The notes under the pieces are model-generated. The model was not told the DNA's origin. It saw only the letters and a program-made list of their open reading frames with translations, and made no database searches. The position numbers were made by a program, and so were the translations under genes. Shown here piece by piece: positions 31,645 through 35,329 of a DNA stretch of 35,329 nucleotides. The stretch spans positions 1 through 35,329 of the forward strand of contig JAUCBJ010001326.1 in the NCBI GenBank assembly GCA_032718475.1. Reading direction: 5' to 3'. The DNA is from Nemertoderma westbladi (Eukaryota > Animalia > Xenacoelomorpha). Position 1 is the stretch's first letter, and the number at the start of each line of letters is the position of its first letter.

Positions 31645-33005
31645 TGTGGGTGTGCCTGGAAGGCACCACATGTGGAAATATATACGAACTCCTAAGTGCG
31701 AAATAATTAAGTGCAATTAGTATGTATGTATGTAAATAATCAATATAATTACAATGAATATATAATCAAAGTAAGTACTATAGTCATATATAACCTTTTC
31801 CAATTAGCTACTGGGATTGGGAACCACTTGACTACAATCGGACGAGACTTTAGATGGGTCTCACTGGCATGGTGTATACATGCATGAGACCCGACGAGAG
31901 AAAGGAGAGTGAGAACAAAGATGGGTTGAGTACGAGAAAAGTACGGAGAGGAGGTGTTGACATGCGTGGAAGTGAGAGGAGTGCAATTCAAATGTGGGGA
32001 GCGAGCAGTAAAAGAGAGAGTAAGGGACAGCGAGGTCCGAGAGAGAGACAGTAAGGGAGAGAGGGGTCCGACAGTGGGATTAGAGAGATGATCTAGAAAA
32101 TTGTGCGAAGAGAGTCCACAATTGTCTCAAACAGAGACGTCAGATACCTTGGTGCAACATAGCTCGCGATTGCACCAAGGAGAGGTAGCAATAACCCCCC
32201 CATGGGGGCGGCCAGGAAAGCCGACCCCGAGAAAAGAACTCCACCCCACACCCGATATTAGTTTGGGTTCCAGCGGAATTGAAGCACACATAAGGTTGAT
32301 GCTATCTTCTCACCAGGAAGATAGCATGGGGGGAGTGTAAGCAGATTCAATTCCACTTCATTACCCACCAGAAAATGGGACCAGTGGGATTTTACCAATA
32401 AGTTGGGGATACGAGATTACCAATATTAATCTCGTCTCATAACCAACATTGGGGGGGGGGGGGCAACACAAGCCCCAAAGCCACAGAGAGAGGTGAGAGG
32501 TCAAACCACCTTGGAGGGAATACAGCTAGTAGAAACTAGCAGCGGGGGGAAACACTCACAGGGAGTGCCAAATTGACAATTAGTATATTAGCCAATAGCG
32601 GGGAGGGAAGCACGTGATTAGAGATAGGAAAGCATCCATTGGGTACAGAGGGCCAAGTACAGTAAGAGGTGAAATCAATATCCATGTGTGTTAATCATAT
32701 ATTATCCTACATTACTGATTTACCGGTCAGTTGATTCAGTTACTCAGTTGCAGACCGGTCATAGTTAATGACCGTCACCGCTACTAACATCAGCAATTAA
32801 TCTGTGTATTTTCTGCTATTACATCTGTGTTATAACCGATTGACTAATTGTGCTATTATCGGCGGATTATCAATATCGAGAAACAACAGAAACCTTTATT
32901 GTTTTCCCCAACGGCCTACGGCCAAAGCGAACTAGCACGATTGCCCAGCAGAACGGTGACGCGTACAAAATCTAACCCGGTCGGAATCTTATAGATCCCG
33001 TCACA
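31645..33005 (+). mobile_element. 3' LTR of element B (1361 bp)
   Basis: Starts TGTG after the PPT and ends CACA. Matches the 5' LTR and the remnant at 7750-8292. The MITE-derived flank resumes at ~33006-33011. Confidence 0.88.
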
Positions 33006-33009
33006 TTGA

Positions 33010-33907
33010 GCGTCTTTTGACACTACAATTAACTAAATTTATGATGAGGAACATTGATTATGTATTGATCTGTATTTCCAGCAGCAATACCGGTTCTGCA
33101 TTCCAATCTGTATCGATTACAGTAGATTACATTTAAAATAACACTAAACTTGTAATACCGGTCAGCCGGTACTATAATACAGTAATAATTGGCAGTACAG
33201 TAGGCTACTTGAATATTGAAAATGTGTACTGGTCACCGGTAAACCCTACATACTTAATTAATGAAGTAATCTGCAATACTCAGATACTGCAATAGGCTGT
33301 GGAGACAGGGGGGAAACTGGACGAAAAACCCGCCTTGGCGAATTAATTTCCCGCCTCAATGTTAAATTCTCAATTTAGTTTTATTTTTGAGAATAATCAG
33401 CTGTTATTTGCCCTGGAGAGGGATGAATTTTTATTGCGTCTGGCGTCCAGTTCCCCCCCCCCCCCCCTCCCCCCCCCCCCCTGAGTGCTTACATACCGGG
33501 CGATATGCCGAGTATGTAATTGTAACCAGCATTTTATCTATCTTCCCCTTTATGTATTTAATTAATTGAGTTTCAAAGGAAAAACACAAGAGTCTCCGCT
33601 TTCAATTGATATAATCCACGTGTGAAATGATTGAGATTTAATGTGTATTTGAATCGCTCGAAAATCTCTCTCCATAGAAACCAAGATAAAAAATATCAGA
33701 TCACTGCGTAGTGACGTCAAATATGTAGCAGCCAATCACAGCCGATTTTCAAAATTGGCTTCCCGGGCTTACTTAAACCCGCCATTTCGACCCTTTCCAC
33801 GTGTTTTTATAAAAAAAACACACCCTGCCATTCGATTCAGGGCACCTTGTTACCACTTATTCATTTGTTTCAAGCCCAACAATTTTTTCGCTCACCAATC
33901 CTATTAC
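33010..33907. mobile_element. Right part of the dispersed palindromic TIR/MITE family (copy 2); apparent target of the element B insertion
   Basis: Homologous to 10133-10649. Both copies stop matching at ...CCTATTAC. Confidence 0.7.
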
Positions 33908-34731
33908 CGTCGGCGGTGTGGCAGTCATAGGGCCGAGGGGAGTTGGTTAATGAGGTGAGCCCGTGGCCGATTGCTCATCAGCTTAAACTTACCCTTCCAG
34001 ATCGAGATATGGGATGGTAGTTTCGTCTCAATCTGTCAATCAAGATTCTCTCCAGGGCGAAATCGAGGCAAATAACAGCTGATTACTCCCAAAAATATAA
34101 ACTGTAGGCCTACCCTGTTATAATGACTTACGTTTATTGTTTTGGTTAGAATGACGCGCCACTGTAACCCACGAATTTCCCTTAATCGATAATTTAACAT
34201 TGAGGCGGGATATCATTTCGCCGAGTCGGGATCCGCGTAGGGCCTACAGTTCCCCCCTTCAAAATATTATTAAAAATATTTCTTGTCAAAATATTATTGA
34301 CTTTGTTGTTTGTTGAGCATATGGGCCTGTAATTCATTAATATGAAACTTAATGCTACCGACTTGCGATCAATAATCATTATAATTGAGCTCAACGTTTC
34401 TGAGCCTTGCAACTCCGTTTCGAATACAATAGAGCCAGGCCAACAAATCATTGCATTTTAATTATGATTTCCTTTAATGGTATTGGCGGTTGGGCTGCCA
34501 TGTGCAGTGCACTGCGTTGCTACAAACACAACAACTCAATGTTAATATAGTTAATGAATTTATCCCATAAAAACCAGTTTACGTTGCCAAACTTTTGACT
34601 TGTTATACAAAAGTCGTCAACATTACACTTATTAATTAGTCTATCATAATTTGATGTGAGACGCTTTTTCGGTTCAACGTTTATTTATAATTTTCTGGCC
34701 TCTAATAGATAATTATGTACTTCCATATTAG

Positions 34732-34862
34732 TCGCCCGGCCTCGCCAGATTTCTACACCTGGGAGGAGTTGAGGTGTTTGGCGAAGGCCTTCGGGTTTAC
34801 TTACACAGTGTTCGAAGATTGTTTCCCCAAGAAAACAGACTGCAGGGGATGGAATGAAGAAG
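34732..34862 (+). CDS. Possible isolated coding exon, product unknown
   Basis: GC-richer open stretch (RPASPDFYTWEELRCLAKAFGFTYTVFEDCFPKKTDCRGWNEE) bounded by CATATTAG| and AAG|GTAAAA in AT-rich flanks. Confidence 0.25.
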
Positions 34863-35329
34863 GTAAAATCTTTACGTCACTAATTGAATTTTCTTGTTGC
34901 TACTGTAATTATAATTAGTTAGTTTATTCATTATTAATGTAGTTGCTACTGACAGACATTTTAAATATCATCAGATTTTTACGCGGAAAGGTTCAAACTT
35001 TAACTGCGTTTTTTTGAAACCCTAATGTAAATTTTTGCACAAAAATGCTACTTGTCCCGTATTTATGAACCTTTTCTGCTGAAATTTTGTCCCGTTTATC
35101 GCAATGACCTTCTCTAAAAGACTGTTTAGATGGATTTCTGAAATTTTGACAAGAAGACTTTTTTACAACATTTTTCAGAAATTTTTTATAAAAAATGCAA
35201 AAATATGCAATAGAAATTGACTCTTAGGCCTACGTGTCCTGAACCCACATGTCAACTGTCAAGTACCAACTTTTAACGGCATAAACTTAATATTAAAGGG
35301 CAAGGAACATTTTTAATTTTTAGTTAATA

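Larger units (their letters stand above)
20145..33005 (+). mobile_element. BEL/Pao LTR retrotransposon, family B; decayed, with an extra ORF downstream of pol
   Basis: Direct LTRs, gag-like region, pol with PR-RT-RH-IN order and BEL/Pao motifs, PPT, and TG...CA 3' LTR. Confidence 0.95.

Noticed and set aside
34194-34451. 85-aa minus-strand ORF
   Set aside because: No motifs and no coding-like composition.
35293-35329. TTAAAGGGCAAGGAAC as the start of a Kolobok-type element
   Set aside because: Only one end is visible at the window edge, with no partner TIR to confirm.

Overview
Repeat-rich eukaryotic DNA, probably from an invertebrate animal (inferred; the host cannot be identified). Two BEL/Pao LTR-retrotransposon families dominate the window. 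Family A (minus strand, about 672-6770) has a long open gag that is cut at 671/672 by an LTR of its own family in the opposite orientation. Family B is a decayed near-full-length element (20145-33005) with long LTRs, gag and a frameshift-free pol. Between pol and its 3' LTR lies a roughly 4-kb extra cassette with a hairpin tandem repeat and an additional ORF resembling a DEDDy 3'-5' exonuclease fused to three CCHC zinc knuckles. A diverged remnant of family B (about 6845-8292) carries the same exonuclease domain and LTR hairpins with compensatory changes, so the cassette is a family trait. The window also holds an IS3EU-like transposase fragment, two small TIR elements, 28-bp, 29/30-bp and 66-bp tandem arrays, and a probable two-exon host gene for a small secreted protein. 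All domain calls come from motif recognition by eye, with no database search.
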